DNA of 64,000 nt, taken from the NCBI GenBank assembly GCA_022827725.1, contig JAJEIJ010000005.1, positions 462-64,461 on the forward strand, written 5' to 3'. The notes under the pieces are model-generated. The model was not told the origin of the DNA. It ran no database searches and worked only from the letters and a program-made list of their open reading frames with translations. Below, piece by piece: positions 1-10,437 of the stretch; within the stretch, counting starts at the first letter, position 1; the number at the start of each line of letters is the position of its first letter. The position numbers and the translations under genes were made by a program. Source of the DNA: Acidimicrobiia bacterium. GTDB lineage: Bacteria > Actinomycetota > Acidimicrobiia > Acidimicrobiales > Bin134.

Positions 1-1513
1 TGTCGGGTTGGGGTACGACCACGGCCTTTACCTCTTGGCCCAGTGTCCGGTGGTCCACTCCGATGACCGCGGCTTCGTGGATGCCGGGGTGTTCCTCCAG
101 CCGGTTCTCGATTTCGATGGGGTAGACGTTCTCGCCGCCTCTGATGATCATGTCGCGCACTCGGGAGGCGATGGTCAGCATTTCGCCCCGCATGTGGCCG
201 AAATCGCCGGTGCGCAGCCAATGTCTGGAAAAGAAGGCGGCTTCGGTGGCCTCGGGCTGGTTCCAGTAGCCGGGCATCACGTTCGGACCTCGCACGCACA
301 CTTCGCCGACGGTGCCATCGGGCACCGGGTTGCCGTCGCTGTCGCGGATCTCCACCTCCACGGTGGGAAGGGGCGTTCCCGCGCAGGTCGGGTCGTCCAT
401 CAGCATCTGCGAGGTGGCGATAGTGGCCAGGGCGCCGGTCTCGGTGCTGCCGTAGCCCACCTGCATCTGGGGGGCGGCGTCGGGAAGCCGCTCCCGGATG
501 GCCCGCTGGAGCTCGGGCGACCACACCGACCCGCCCCCGCCGCACGCCCGCACCGAGGAGTGGTCGTAGTCGTTCAGCGCGGGGTGCTCCAACAATCGCC
601 ATACCTGAGTAGTGACCCCGCCCCAGCGGCTGATCCGCTCCTGCTCGGTGAGCCGGAATATCTTCTCGGGGTCGAAACGGCCGGTGGTCCACACCGACTT
701 CATGCCATTGGCCACCATGGCCACCGCCGCCGAATGCAATCCCGACACATGAAAGAGGGGGCTGCTCACTAGCGAGCACGGCTCAGGGGCATCGGGGTCG
801 GTGGGGCGATCGGCGAGGCCGGCCATCAGGGCCGAGCGGGCACCGGAGAAGGCCGTGATGCCCAAGAAGGCGATGATGTTGCGGTGGGTGTTGATCGCCC
901 CTTTGGGTCGTCCGGTGGTGCCCGATGTGAACAACACCACGGCGGGATCGTCTTCATCGATGGGAGCGTCGGGCAGGGGAGCGGCCATGTCGAAACCCGA
1001 CAGCCGATCCTCGAAATCCTCCTCCACAATCACCGTGGCCATTCCAGGATCGGTCCCCTGGAGACGGGCCAAGCGCTTCTGGTCGGCGATGAGCAACTTG
1101 GGCTCGGTCAGTTCCAGGCCGTAGACGATCTCATCGCCGGTCCACCAGCCATTCATGCCCACCGCGATGGCCCCCAGAGAGATGGCCGCCCACATCCCGA
1201 TGACCCACTCCGGGCTGTTGGCCCCCAGCAGGGCCACTCGATCACCGGGCTCGATGCCGTAGCGCTCGGCCATTGCCGCCGCAGCCGATGCCACCAGCCG
1301 CTCGTGCTCGGTGAAGGTGTAGCGCCGGCCGTCGTCCCAGATGAACAACTCCCGGTCGCCGTGCTCAACTGATCGGGTTAGGAGCTCCCGCAGGTTGCCG
1401 GCCCGGTTGGCGAACACGTCGTAGACCTCGCCGTTCACGGTGGCGGTGGTGGTCTCAAAGGGGCTTCCCGGTGTGAGCAGGAGTTCCTCGGCCTCTTGAA
1501 GGGTCATTCCCAT
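1..1513 (-). CDS. Class I adenylate-forming enzyme (acyl-CoA synthetase), runs off the left window edge
   Basis: Not in the ORF track (no stop in window). Minus-strand frame from ATG at 1513/1507 reads MTLQEAEELLLTPGSPFE..., with AMP-binding motifs VLFTSGTTGRPKG, GYGSTETG and MIIRGGENVYPIEIE. Confidence 0.9.
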   Translation of the reverse strand, partial: MGMTLQEAEELLLTPGSPFETTTATVNGEVYDVFANRAGNLRELLTRSVEHGDRELFIWDDGRRYTFTEHERLVASAAAAMAERYGIEPGDRVALLGANSPEWVIGMWAAISLGAIAVGMNGWWTGDEIVYGLELTEPKLLIADQKRLARLQGTDPGMATVIVEEDFEDRLSGFDMAAPLPDAPIDEDDPAVVLFTSGTTGRPKGAINTHRNIIAFLGITAFSGARSALMAGLADRPTDPDAPEPCSLVSSPLFHVSGLHSAAVAMVANGMKSVWTTGRFDPEKIFRLTEQERISRWGGVTTQVWRLLEHPALNDYDHSSVRACGGGGSVWSPELQRAIRERLPDAAPQMQVGYGSTETGALATIATSQMLMDDPTCAGTPLPTVEVEIRDSDGNPVPDGTVGEVCVRGPNVMPGYWNQPEATEAAFFSRHWLRTGDFGHMRGEMLTIASRVRDMIIRGGENVYPIEIENRLEEHPGIHEAAVIGVDHRTLGQEVKAVVVPQPD

Positions 1514-1601
1514 GGGCCCCGACGGTAGAGTCTCGCCGAATGGATTTCGACCTGGTCGGCGGGTCGTCCAATCCAACTGCCCGCCGGTAGATTTTCGGCA
1601 G

Positions 1602-2792
1602 ATGGACTTTGATCTGACCTCTGCTGAGAGGGAATTTCGCGACGAGGTGCGCACGTGGCTGGAGGAGCACCTGGTGGGGGACTTCGCCGGACTGCGGGGC
1701 CGAGGGGGCATGGGCCAGGAAGACATTCCCGCTGAGGTGCAGATCGCCTGGGAACGCGAGCTGGCCAGCGGCGGCTGGCTGGGCATCGACTTTCCGGTTC
1801 GCTTGGGCGGCCGGGAGTGCAACTTGTCGGAGCAGGTGCTGTTCCACCAGACCTATGTGGAGGCCCGGGCACCGGGGCGGCTCCCCAACATGGGGGTCAC
1901 CTTGTTGGGGCCGACTCTGGTGGCCTACGGCACGCCGGAGCAGCAGAAGCGGTTTGTGCCGCCGATCCTGTCGGGCGATGAGTTCTGGTGCCAGGGCTAT
2001 TCCGAGCCCAATGCCGGGTCGGATCTGGCCAATGTGGGCACAAAGGCGGTGCTCGACGGCGATCGGTGGGTGGTAAACGGGCAGAAGATCTGGACCTCGC
2101 TGGCCCAGTACTCCGACTGGTGCTTCGTGGTGTGCCGCACCGACCCGGACTCTGCCCGCCATGCCGGGCTCTCCTACCTGCTGGTGCCCATGGACCAGCC
2201 GGGGATCGAGATCCGTCCCATAGTGCAGATCACCGGCGGAACCGAGTTCAACGAGGTCTTCTTCGACGACGCGATGACCGATGCCGATCTGGTGGTGGGG
2301 CAGGTGGGCCGGGGCTGGGAGGTGGCCATGGGCACGCTGGCCTTTGAGCGGGGGGCGTCCACACTGGGCCAGCAGACCTACTTCCGCCAAGAGCTGGACG
2401 CGTTGTTGGCCGAGGCCCGGACAAACGGCACCGCCGGTGACTTGGTGGTCCGCCAGGAGCTGGCCCAGGCCTACGCCACGCTGGAGATCATGCGGTACAA
2501 CAACTTGCGGATGCTCACCGTGGTGGACGCCGGAGGGGTGCCGGGACCGGAGATGTCCATCGGCAAGCTGTTGTGGTCCAACTGGCACCGATCGATGGGG
2601 GAGCTGATGGTGGGAGTGCGGGGGGCGGATGCCATGGCGGTGGCGGCTGACGACGGCGAGGACTACTCGCTGGACTCCTGGCAGCGCACGTTCCTGTACA
2701 GCCGGGCCCACACCATCTATGCCGGATCGAACGAGATTCAGCGAAACATCATCGGCGAGCGAGTTTTGGGCCTTCCCCGAGAGCCGCGATGA
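1602..2792 (+). CDS. fadE30: Acyl-CoA dehydrogenase, FadE30/IpdE1-like (steroid C/D-ring degradation)
   Basis: WCQGYSEPNAGSDLA, GQKIWTSLA, EFNEVFFD, TIYAGSNEIQRNIIGERVLGLPRE. Closely resembles mycobacterial FadE30 as recalled. Start trimmed to MDFDLT. Confidence 0.85.
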   Translation: MDFDLTSAEREFRDEVRTWLEEHLVGDFAGLRGRGGMGQEDIPAEVQIAWERELASGGWLGIDFPVRLGGRECNLSEQVLFHQTYVEARAPGRLPNMGVTLLGPTLVAYGTPEQQKRFVPPILSGDEFWCQGYSEPNAGSDLANVGTKAVLDGDRWVVNGQKIWTSLAQYSDWCFVVCRTDPDSARHAGLSYLLVPMDQPGIEIRPIVQITGGTEFNEVFFDDAMTDADLVVGQVGRGWEVAMGTLAFERGASTLGQQTYFRQELDALLAEARTNGTAGDLVVRQELAQAYATLEIMRYNNLRMLTVVDAGGVPGPEMSIGKLLWSNWHRSMGELMVGVRGADAMAVAADDGEDYSLDSWQRTFLYSRAHTIYAGSNEIQRNIIGERVLGLPREPR

Positions 2793-2819
2793 TTTCAAAT
2801 ATCGGAAAGAGGAGCAGCC

Positions 2820-3977
2820 ATGGCTGAGGCATACATCATCGACGCAGTCCGCACCCCGGTAGGGCGGCGGGGCGGCAGCCTTTCAGAGATCCACCCGGCG
2901 GATCTTGGGGCCCATCCGATCCTCGGGCTTCTCGACCGCACTGGTGTCGACCCGGCCGCGGTGGACGACGTGATGTACGGCTGCGTGGACGCCCTCGGCC
3001 CCCAAGCCGGCGACATCGCCCGCACCGCCTGGCTGGCCGCCGGGCTGCCCGAGCACGTGCCCGGCACCACCATCGACCGCCAGTGCGGGTCGGCCCAGCA
3101 AGCCGTCCACTTCGCCGCCCAGGCGGTGATGGCCGGGGTGAACGACATGGTGGTTGCCGGCGGCGTGCAGAACATGAGCATGATCCCCATTGGCGCGGCC
3201 ATGACCGTGGCCGAGCATGTGGGGGTGACCGATCCCGATCCCTTCACCGGCTCCGACGGCTGGGTGGACCGCTACGGCACCCAGGAGGTATCGCAGTTCC
3301 GGGGGGCGGAGATGATCGCCGAGCACTGGGACATCAGCCGGGAGCAGATGGAGGAGTTTGCCCTGGCCAGCCACGAGCGGGCCGCCACCGCCACCGACGA
3401 GGGCCGATTCGAAAATGAGATCCTGCCCCTGGCCGGACTGGAGTTCGACGAGGGAATCCGGCGGGGCACCACGCTGGAGAAGATGGCCGGCTTGTCTGCG
3501 CTTATCGAGGGCGGGCGACTGACCGCCGCGGTGTCGAGCCAGATCTCCGACGCGGGCTGTGCCATGTTGATCTGCGGGGAGCAGGCGGTAGCCGATCACG
3601 GGTTGAAACCCCGGGCCCGCTTCCACCACCTTTCGGTGCGGGGCGCCGACCCCATCTACATGCTCACCGGCCCCATCCCGGCCACCGAGTACGCGCTGGC
3701 CCGTACCGGCATGACCATCGACGACATCGACCTGTTCGAGTGCAACGAGGCCTTTGCCTCCGTGGTGCTGGCCTGGATGGGCGAGCACGACGTGCCCCAC
3801 GAGAAGGTCAACGTGAACGGCGGGGCCATCGCCCTGGGCCACCCGCTGGGCGCCACCGGAGCCCGGCTCATGACCACCCTGCTGAACGAGCTGGAGCGCA
3901 CCGGCGGCCGTTACGGGCTGCAAACCATGTGCGAGGGCGGCGGCCAGGCCAACGTCACCATCATCGAGCGGCTCTAG
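2820..3977 (+). CDS. fadA6: Acetyl-CoA C-acyltransferase (thiolase), FadA6-like
   Basis: DRQCGSAQQA, NEAFA, GHPLGATG, TMCEGGGQAN. RYGTQEVSQFRGAEMIAE matches the FadA6 clade. RBS AGAGGAG. Confidence 0.85.
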   Translation: MAEAYIIDAVRTPVGRRGGSLSEIHPADLGAHPILGLLDRTGVDPAAVDDVMYGCVDALGPQAGDIARTAWLAAGLPEHVPGTTIDRQCGSAQQAVHFAAQAVMAGVNDMVVAGGVQNMSMIPIGAAMTVAEHVGVTDPDPFTGSDGWVDRYGTQEVSQFRGAEMIAEHWDISREQMEEFALASHERAATATDEGRFENEILPLAGLEFDEGIRRGTTLEKMAGLSALIEGGRLTAAVSSQISDAGCAMLICGEQAVADHGLKPRARFHHLSVRGADPIYMLTGPIPATEYALARTGMTIDDIDLFECNEAFASVVLAWMGEHDVPHEKVNVNGGAIALGHPLGATGARLMTTLLNELERTGGRYGLQTMCEGGGQANVTIIERL

Positions 3978-3984
3978 CAGCGCG

Positions 3985-4722
3985 ATGGCCGAGTTTGCCG
4001 ACAAGGTGGTGATCGTCACCGGTGCGGCTCGGGGGATCGGACGGAGCACCGCGGTCCAATTCACCGACGCGGGAGCGGTCGTCGTGGGGGCCGACCGCGA
4101 CGTGGAGGCACTGGAAGCGGTGGAGGGCCTGTCGCTTCGACTGGGCGGCGATGTGGGCGACACCCACGATGCCCATGCGATCATCGACGACACCCTGGAT
4201 GCGTTCGGCCGACTCGATGTGCTGGTGAACAATGCCGGGGTCTGGGTGCTCAAGCCCACCTCCGAGATCACCCCCGAGGAGTGGGACGACCAGCTCTCCA
4301 CCAACCTGCGCTCGTTCTTCCTGCTGATCCGCCGGGCCTACCCCGCACTGGCCGAGGCCAGGGGCAGCGTGGTGAACGTGGCCTCCATTGCTGCCCTGCG
4401 GTTCACCACCCCCCATGTCGCCTACGCCTCGGCCAAGGCGGGAGTGATCGCCATGACCAGGGACTTGGCCGCCGAGTACGCCCCCGACGTGAGGGTCAAC
4501 GCAGTGGCCCCCGGTCCCATCGACACCATGCACCTCACCGCTTCGATGACTCCCGAGGAAAAGGAAGACTTCGGCCGCCGCTACCCGCTGGGCCGCATGG
4601 GCGAGCCCGAAGACGTGGCCCACGCCATCGTCTTTCTGGCTTCCCCCAAAGCCGCCTACATCACCGGCGCCACCCTCCCCGTCACCGGAGGAACCGAACT
4701 CGGCATCCCCAGCCTGTTCTAG
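3985..4722 (+). CDS. SDR family oxidoreductase
   Basis: TGAARGIG, NNAG, YASAK. Confidence 0.9.
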   Translation: MAEFADKVVIVTGAARGIGRSTAVQFTDAGAVVVGADRDVEALEAVEGLSLRLGGDVGDTHDAHAIIDDTLDAFGRLDVLVNNAGVWVLKPTSEITPEEWDDQLSTNLRSFFLLIRRAYPALAEARGSVVNVASIAALRFTTPHVAYASAKAGVIAMTRDLAAEYAPDVRVNAVAPGPIDTMHLTASMTPEEKEDFGRRYPLGRMGEPEDVAHAIVFLASPKAAYITGATLPVTGGTELGIPSLF

Positions 4723-4736
4723 CTACAAGGAGTCCA

Positions 4737-5723
4737 TCAGGCGTTGACTTGGGGGATTACTAGGTTGTGGAGCAGGTCGAGTTGCTCGGGGTTGTCGCTA
4801 GTGGGACCTAAGACGATGTATTCGCAGCCGCCGTCTTTGAGGTCGCGGAGACGGGCGGCGATCTCGTCGATGGATCCGAAGAAGTAGCTCTTCTCTAAGT
4901 GGTCGCGGGTGCGGTGGGTGCCCATGGCCTGCTCGAAATAGATGTGCTGCTCTTCGCGGGCCTTGGCAGGATCATTGGTGTCCACGATGTAGATGAAGTT
5001 GCAGTGGCCGAACCGGGGTGGCTCGGAGTCTCTAGCGGCTGCGGCATCTTTAATGACCTGCCAGTCGTTGTGGACCCATTGCTGCTGGCCGGAGCAGCGC
5101 GACAGCCACCAGTCGGCGCCGAGGATGCGGTTGAGCACGGTTTTTGCGAGCACGGGCCGGTCGTTGTCGAAGGTGCCGTCGGGGATGCGGGACCCGCCGG
5201 CAACCCACACGTTGGGCATTCTGGGCGGGCGGGGGTCGATGGTGACGCTGTCGAATGAGTAGAACTCGCCTTCGTATGTGGCGTCGTCGGTGGTGAGGAG
5301 CAGGCGGACGGCTTCGAGTATCTCGTCGGTGCGCTTGCCCCGTTCACTGATATGGGTGCCGGTGGCTTCGAATTCGGGACCGTACCAGCCGGGACCGATG
5401 CCGAATTGGTAGCGGCCGCCGGTGAGGTAGTCCATGGTGGCGACTTCTTTGGCCAGTACAACGGGGTGGCGGAGGGGCACCACCAGGATGCCGGTTCCGA
5501 CCATCTGTACATCAGGGGCGACGGCGGCGGCGTGGGTCAGCACGGTCATGGGCTCCAGCCAAGGCATCCCGTAGAGGCCAGGGGCGTGGAGGAGGTGGTC
5601 GATTACCCACAGGTCAATGTCGTAGTCGTTGGCCTTCTTGGAGAAGGTGTCGGTGCCTTGGCGAGCCCGCTCGTAGTCGAGCCCCGGGTAGGCGTAGGAA
5701 GGGATCCAGGCTCCGAAGCGCAT
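4737..5723 (-). CDS. LLM-class flavin-dependent oxidoreductase
   Basis: LWVIDHL, PLRHPVVLAKEVATMDYLTGGR, GIGPGW. RBS AAGGAG. Confidence 0.9.
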   Translation of the reverse strand: MRFGAWIPSYAYPGLDYERARQGTDTFSKKANDYDIDLWVIDHLLHAPGLYGMPWLEPMTVLTHAAAVAPDVQMVGTGILVVPLRHPVVLAKEVATMDYLTGGRYQFGIGPGWYGPEFEATGTHISERGKRTDEILEAVRLLLTTDDATYEGEFYSFDSVTIDPRPPRMPNVWVAGGSRIPDGTFDNDRPVLAKTVLNRILGADWWLSRCSGQQQWVHNDWQVIKDAAAARDSEPPRFGHCNFIYIVDTNDPAKAREEQHIYFEQAMGTHRTRDHLEKSYFFGSIDEIAARLRDLKDGGCEYIVLGPTSDNPEQLDLLHNLVIPQVNA

Positions 5724-5773
5724 GGCTTGTTGCTCCTTTTTCGATGTTGTTGCAGCGGAGCAGCGCGGGGCGC

Positions 5774-6466
5774 CTAGTTGCCGTCTTCGTCCAGGAGGCC
5801 GGGGGTGATGGTGGCGGTGGCGTATTCGCGGTGGATGCGCATCGCCTCAATAACCCGGTCCGGGTCCCTAGTCCGGCACGCTTCGATGAGGTCGAGGTGC
5901 TGGGCCAGGGAGACCTCCTGGACGTCACTGTGCTTGTGGAGGTAGAGAACGCGGTAGTGGTCGGTGTGCTCCCACAGCCGCTCTATCTCCTTGACGAGCC
6001 GGGGCATGCCGGACGCCCGGTAGGGGACGAAGTGCATCTCCCGGTGGGCGACGTTGGTGGTCCAGAGGTCGCCCTCGGTGAGGGCGCGCTCCATCTTGAT
6101 CCGGTAGTCGTCCATCTGCTGGATGTTTTCGTCGGTGAGTCTGGGCGCTCCTAGCGCCATCGCCTCTCGCTCTAGGAGAGAAGTGATGTGCTGAAGCTCG
6201 GCGAACTCGGCTTGCGAGTGCGTCGTCACCCAGTAGCCCCGGCGCGGCTCGTTGACCACCACTCCCTCGTTCTGAAGCTGCTTGAGGGCTTCTCTGACCG
6301 GCACGGGGCTGACTCCGCAACTCCGTGCGACGGCTTCAAGTGGGACCTTGTCTCCTGGCGCGAGCTCGCCGGTGACGAGCAGCTTGCGGAGATAGAGCAG
6401 CACCATCTCTGGGACGGTGGGTTGGATAACTGGTGGGGCTGACGCAAACGCTGCTTGTTCAGCCAC
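5774..6466 (-). CDS. GntR family (FCD) transcriptional regulator
   Basis: wHTH GELAPGDKV...GVSPVPVREALKQLQNEG plus FCD domain (HREMH...H). GTG start at 6466 chosen from an upstream G-rich RBS. Confidence 0.88.
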   Translation of the reverse strand: MAEQAAFASAPPVIQPTVPEMVLLYLRKLLVTGELAPGDKVPLEAVARSCGVSPVPVREALKQLQNEGVVVNEPRRGYWVTTHSQAEFAELQHITSLLEREAMALGAPRLTDENIQQMDDYRIKMERALTEGDLWTTNVAHREMHFVPYRASGMPRLVKEIERLWEHTDHYRVLYLHKHSDVQEVSLAQHLDLIEACRTRDPDRVIEAMRIHREYATATITPGLLDEDGN

Positions 6467-6574
6467 TTCCAGTATTCCCCCTTGTCGTTCGAGTGTGCGG
6501 TGATCAGTCGGCACGCTTTGCCTATCGCTACAAGGGTGCCTCGGTGACACCCTAACCGAATTCTTACCACCTCC

Positions 6575-6612
6575 GATCAACTATATCCAATATTTGATTT
6601 CATATTTGATCT
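6575..6612. promoter_or_regulatory. AT-rich putative GntR operator in the divergent promoter region
   Basis: ATCAA-N13-TTGAT inverted repeat plus ATATTTGAT direct repeat (6590-6598, 6602-6610) in a GC-rich background. Confidence 0.5.
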
Positions 6613-6726
6613 GTGGTTGACTGCCTGAACTGGCGGGCTTGGTCGCTGGCCCTTCCCCTTCGGGGCTGGCCCCATGCCTGCCAGGACGATCAGCAGGTCA
6701 GGGGGGCGCATGGAAATGCGAACAGC

Positions 6727-7593
6727 ATGAAGCCGCCGAAGTTCAGGTATCACGCACCGTCCTCGCAGGCGGAGGCACTGGACCTGCTCAACGCCTACGG
6801 CGACGAAGCCGTCGTCCTCTCGGGCGGGCAGAGCCTGATCCCCATGCTGAATCTAAGGCTGGCCCGCCCCGCCGAGGTTATTGACCTGGGCTGTGTAGGA
6901 GGGCTGGACTCGATTGCTGCCGAGCCCGACACAGTGTCGGTGGGTGCCCGCGTGACGCATCGGCAAATGGAGGCAGATCCCTACATCGCTCGGCACCTGC
7001 CGATGGCACGCGAAGCCGCGGGCTTCATCGGGTTTAGAGCGATACGCAACCGGGGCACCGTCGGAGGAAGTGTCGCCCACGCCGACCCGTCGGCTGAGTG
7101 GCCGGTTGTGCTCTTGGCACTGGACGGGTCGGTAGAGCTGCGGTCGAAGTCCGGGGCCCGGTGGGTGGGTGGCGACGACTTCTTTCAGACGGTGTTCACA
7201 ACGGGCCGGCGGGCTGACGAGCTCGTAGTCAGTGTCCGGTTCGCCTCCCGATTCGCTGACGACTGGGGATTCTCGGAGTTCCAGCGCCGCACCGGCGACT
7301 TCGCGGTTGTGGTGGCCGCGGTCGCCTGCGCCGCTGGCTCCGGCGGAATCGGTGAGGCGAGGGTCGCGCTGGCTGGTGTAGCGGACCGGCCGGTGCGGTG
7401 TCCCGAGGCCGAGGAAGCCCTGATCGCCACTGAAGACCCGCAGGCGGTTGCGGAGGTGGCTCGCGACGCATTCGATCCGGTCGGTGACTCACACGGGTCC
7501 ACAGCGCACCGCAAGCAGCTGGTTTACGCCCAGGTGCTCCGCGCTGCCGGCCAGGCCCTGGCTCGCCGCGATGGGAGGCGGCCAGATGGTTGA
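6727..7593 (+). CDS. Xanthine dehydrogenase/CoxM-like FAD-binding subunit
   Basis: MKPPKFRY, LSGGQSLIPMLNLRLARP, IRNRGTVGGSVAHADP, RRTGDFA. Confidence 0.9.
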   Translation: MKPPKFRYHAPSSQAEALDLLNAYGDEAVVLSGGQSLIPMLNLRLARPAEVIDLGCVGGLDSIAAEPDTVSVGARVTHRQMEADPYIARHLPMAREAAGFIGFRAIRNRGTVGGSVAHADPSAEWPVVLLALDGSVELRSKSGARWVGGDDFFQTVFTTGRRADELVVSVRFASRFADDWGFSEFQRRTGDFAVVVAAVACAAGSGGIGEARVALAGVADRPVRCPEAEEALIATEDPQAVAEVARDAFDPVGDSHGSTAHRKQLVYAQVLRAAGQALARRDGRRPDG

Positions 7594-8065
7594 GATCGCC
7601 GTGGAGGTGAACGGGCGGGCCGAGACCGCCGAGGTCGACGGGCGGATGCTGCTGTCGGATTTCCTGCGGGGTGTGCTCGGTTTGACCGGCACGCATGTCG
7701 GATGCGAGCACGGCTACTGCGGGTCTTGCACAGTGCTCGTCGACGGCGCATCCGCCCGGTCATGCCTCATGCTCGCAGCCCAGGCCAATGGATCGTCGGT
7801 GCGCACAGTAGAGGGGCTGGCCGACGGAGAGCAGTTGAGCTCCATCCAGCAGGCGTTCAAAGACTGCCACGGCCTCCAATGCGGGTTCTGCACCCCCGGG
7901 CTATTGATGACCGTCACTGAGATTGCCGCCGAGGCGGCCTCCACGCCTTCCCGCCACCAGATTAGAGAGCAGCTGGCCGGCAATCTCTGCCGTTGCACTG
8001 GCTACCACCAAATCGTCGACGCCGTCGAACAAGCCCTCGGAAAGGCCGCGGGAGGCGGGCGATGA
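7586..8065 (+). CDS. CoxS-like (2Fe-2S) subunit
   Basis: GCEHGYCGSC, QCGFCTPG, NLCRCTGY. Confidence 0.92.
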   Translation: MVEIAVEVNGRAETAEVDGRMLLSDFLRGVLGLTGTHVGCEHGYCGSCTVLVDGASARSCLMLAAQANGSSVRTVEGLADGEQLSSIQQAFKDCHGLQCGFCTPGLLMTVTEIAAEAASTPSRHQIREQLAGNLCRCTGYHQIVDAVEQALGKAAGGGR

Positions 8066-10437
8066 GCGGCCCGTCGCCCCGGCTGTTCGGTGCTCGTGTC
8101 CCGAGGGTGGAGGACGACCGTCTGCTCAAAGGGCAGGGCCGGTTCGTGGCCGATGTCTCCTTCCCCGGCACGCTGTCCGCCAAGTTCGTCCGCTCCGACG
8201 AAGCGTCCTCCGACATCTGCGACTTCGACGTCAAAGAGGCACTCGCTTGCGAAAAGGTGCGGGCAGTGTTTACCGGCGACGATTTCGCCGGTGCGGAGAT
8301 CCGCTGTGTGTCCGCCTACGAGGGGTTCCAGCCGTCCGCGCAGCCCATTCTTGCCGTCGGCCGGACTCGGTACGCCGGGGAGGCGGTGGCCATGGTCATA
8401 GCCGACGACGAATATGCCGCCGAGGACGCCGGCGAGCACGTCACGTTTGCCTGCCACCCATTGGAGCCGGTCGCCGGGCTCGACGACGTGCTCGGAGAAG
8501 ACCGGGAGCCGGTCCACTCTGGGTGGGTCGACCACGCGTTCGTGCGCCGCTCAATGGCGACCGACGGGTTCGAGGAGGCGGCCGGGTCCGCCGCGCACCG
8601 GGTGACCGTCGAGCTTCGCAACGCCCGCCACGGGGCGATCCCGATGGAAGGGCGAGCGTGCGTCGCCCGCTACGACCAGGGCTCCGGGCTGTTCGAACTT
8701 TGGACCACCACCCAGATCCCACACCTGATTCGCGCCGGCCTCTCCGACGCCCTCGGGGTGGCAGAGAGCCGCATAAGGGTGATCTCCCCCGACGTGGGCG
8801 GTGGATTCGGCGTCAAAGCGCAGCTGTACCCCGAGGAGGTCGCCTGCTGTTTGGCTGCCCGTGAGCTGGGCCGACCGGTGAAATGGGTGGAGGACCGGCG
8901 CGAGCACTTTTTTGCGTCCCATCACTCCCGTGAGCACCGCCACCGGGTGACTGGCTACTTCAACGACGATGGGATCCTCTTGGCGCTCGAGGCCGACATC
9001 GCAGTCGACATGGGCGCCTACTCGGTGTTCCCGTGGACGTCGACCATGGACTGCGGGATGGCCATGGGCATCCTCCCCGGCCCCTATCGGGTCGCGGAGT
9101 ACTCGGTGACCGGAACAGCCTATTGCACCAACAAGGCCCCATACGGGGCGTACCGGGGCGTGGCCCGTCCCGCAGCGTGCTTTTCCATCGAGCGGCTCAT
9201 GGACAGAATCGCCAGGCACCGGGGCGCTGATCGGACCGAGATACGGCGCCGCAACCTCATCGGCCCAGACGACTACCCCTGGCATTCCGCGTCCGGGTTG
9301 GTTTACGACTCCGGGTCGTTGCCCGAATCGCTAGACAAAGCCCTTGAAGTTGGCGGCCACAATCGGCTGTTCGCCGATCAAGCAGCGGCCAGGGCCGAAG
9401 GGCGCCTGTTCGGGATCGGGCTGGCGGTGTTTACCGAGCAGACCGCTCACACCACCCGCGAGTTCCAGCAGCGGGGCGTGCCGATCGTGTTTGGGTACGA
9501 GACGGCCAAAGTCCGACTAGATGCAACAGGTACAGCGGTCGTGTCCGCGTCGATCCACGATCACGGCCAAGGGCTGGAGACCACTCTCGCCCAGATAGCC
9601 GCCGACCGGCTCGGCCTGAGCATCGAGGACATCAGGGTGGAGTACGGCGACACCGACCAGGTGGCCTATGGGGCTGGCACATTCGCGAGCCGCTCCGCGG
9701 TGCTCGCTGGCGGGGCAGTCGTCAAAGCAGCCGACGCGGTGGCCGAAACGCTCCGCCAGGTAGCCGCTCACCGCTTCGAGGCGTCGCCCGCCGACATCGT
9801 GATCGGCCAGGGCTGCCTCTCGGTGTCGGGGTCGCCCGGCGCGTCCATTGAGATCGCCGAGCTCTGCCGGCTCGTATACCAGCGCCCCGAGTCCCTCCCT
9901 CGTGGGGTTGAGCCGATCCTGGAGGCGTCGCGTACATACGACGCCGACCCCGGCACCGGGGTGTACACCAACGCCGCGCACCTGGCCTCCGTCGAAATCG
10001 ACCCGCTTACCGGCAAAACGATGGTTCTGTCCTACGCGATCGCCGAGGACTGCGGGCCGATGATCAACCCGACCATTGTCGAGGGACAGATCTTCGGCGG
10101 CGTCGCCCAGGGAATCGGCACCGCCCTGTTTGAGGAGTTCGTCTACGACGACGAGGCCCGCCTGCTGACCACCACCTTCTCGGACTACCTCATCCCCACC
10201 ATGACCGACATACCCGACTTCGACGTCGCCCACCTTGAGACCCCATCTCCTCACACCATCGGCGGCCTCAAAGGCATGGGGGAGGGCGGCGCGATCGCAC
10301 CCGGCGCGGCTATCGCCGCAGCCGTCGAAGACGCTCTATCAGCCGTCGGCGACGTGTTCGTCGACCAACTGCCCCTCACCCCCGAACGGGTGCTCGCCTG
10401 GCTCAACCAGGCCCGAATACAAGGAGATGGCCAATGA
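8062..10437 (+). CDS. Molybdopterin-binding large subunit (CoxL-like molybdo-hydroxylase, not form I CODH)
   Basis: DVGGGFGVK, GQGLETTLAQ, GTFASRS, KGMGEGG. Active-site loop AYRGVAR rather than AYxCSFR. Confidence 0.9.
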   Translation: MSGPSPRLFGARVPRVEDDRLLKGQGRFVADVSFPGTLSAKFVRSDEASSDICDFDVKEALACEKVRAVFTGDDFAGAEIRCVSAYEGFQPSAQPILAVGRTRYAGEAVAMVIADDEYAAEDAGEHVTFACHPLEPVAGLDDVLGEDREPVHSGWVDHAFVRRSMATDGFEEAAGSAAHRVTVELRNARHGAIPMEGRACVARYDQGSGLFELWTTTQIPHLIRAGLSDALGVAESRIRVISPDVGGGFGVKAQLYPEEVACCLAARELGRPVKWVEDRREHFFASHHSREHRHRVTGYFNDDGILLALEADIAVDMGAYSVFPWTSTMDCGMAMGILPGPYRVAEYSVTGTAYCTNKAPYGAYRGVARPAACFSIERLMDRIARHRGADRTEIRRRNLIGPDDYPWHSASGLVYDSGSLPESLDKALEVGGHNRLFADQAAARAEGRLFGIGLAVFTEQTAHTTREFQQRGVPIVFGYETAKVRLDATGTAVVSASIHDHGQGLETTLAQIAADRLGLSIEDIRVEYGDTDQVAYGAGTFASRSAVLAGGAVVKAADAVAETLRQVAAHRFEASPADIVIGQGCLSVSGSPGASIEIAELCRLVYQRPESLPRGVEPILEASRTYDADPGTGVYTNAAHLASVEIDPLTGKTMVLSYAIAEDCGPMINPTIVEGQIFGGVAQGIGTALFEEFVYDDEARLLTTTFSDYLIPTMTDIPDFDVAHLETPSPHTIGGLKGMGEGGAIAPGAAIAAAVEDALSAVGDVFVDQLPLTPERVLAWLNQARIQGDGQ

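Noticed and set aside
7993-10437. Aerobic CO dehydrogenase (coxL form I)
   Set aside because: The active-site loop is AYRGVAR, not AYxCSFR, and no coxDEFG accessory genes are present.
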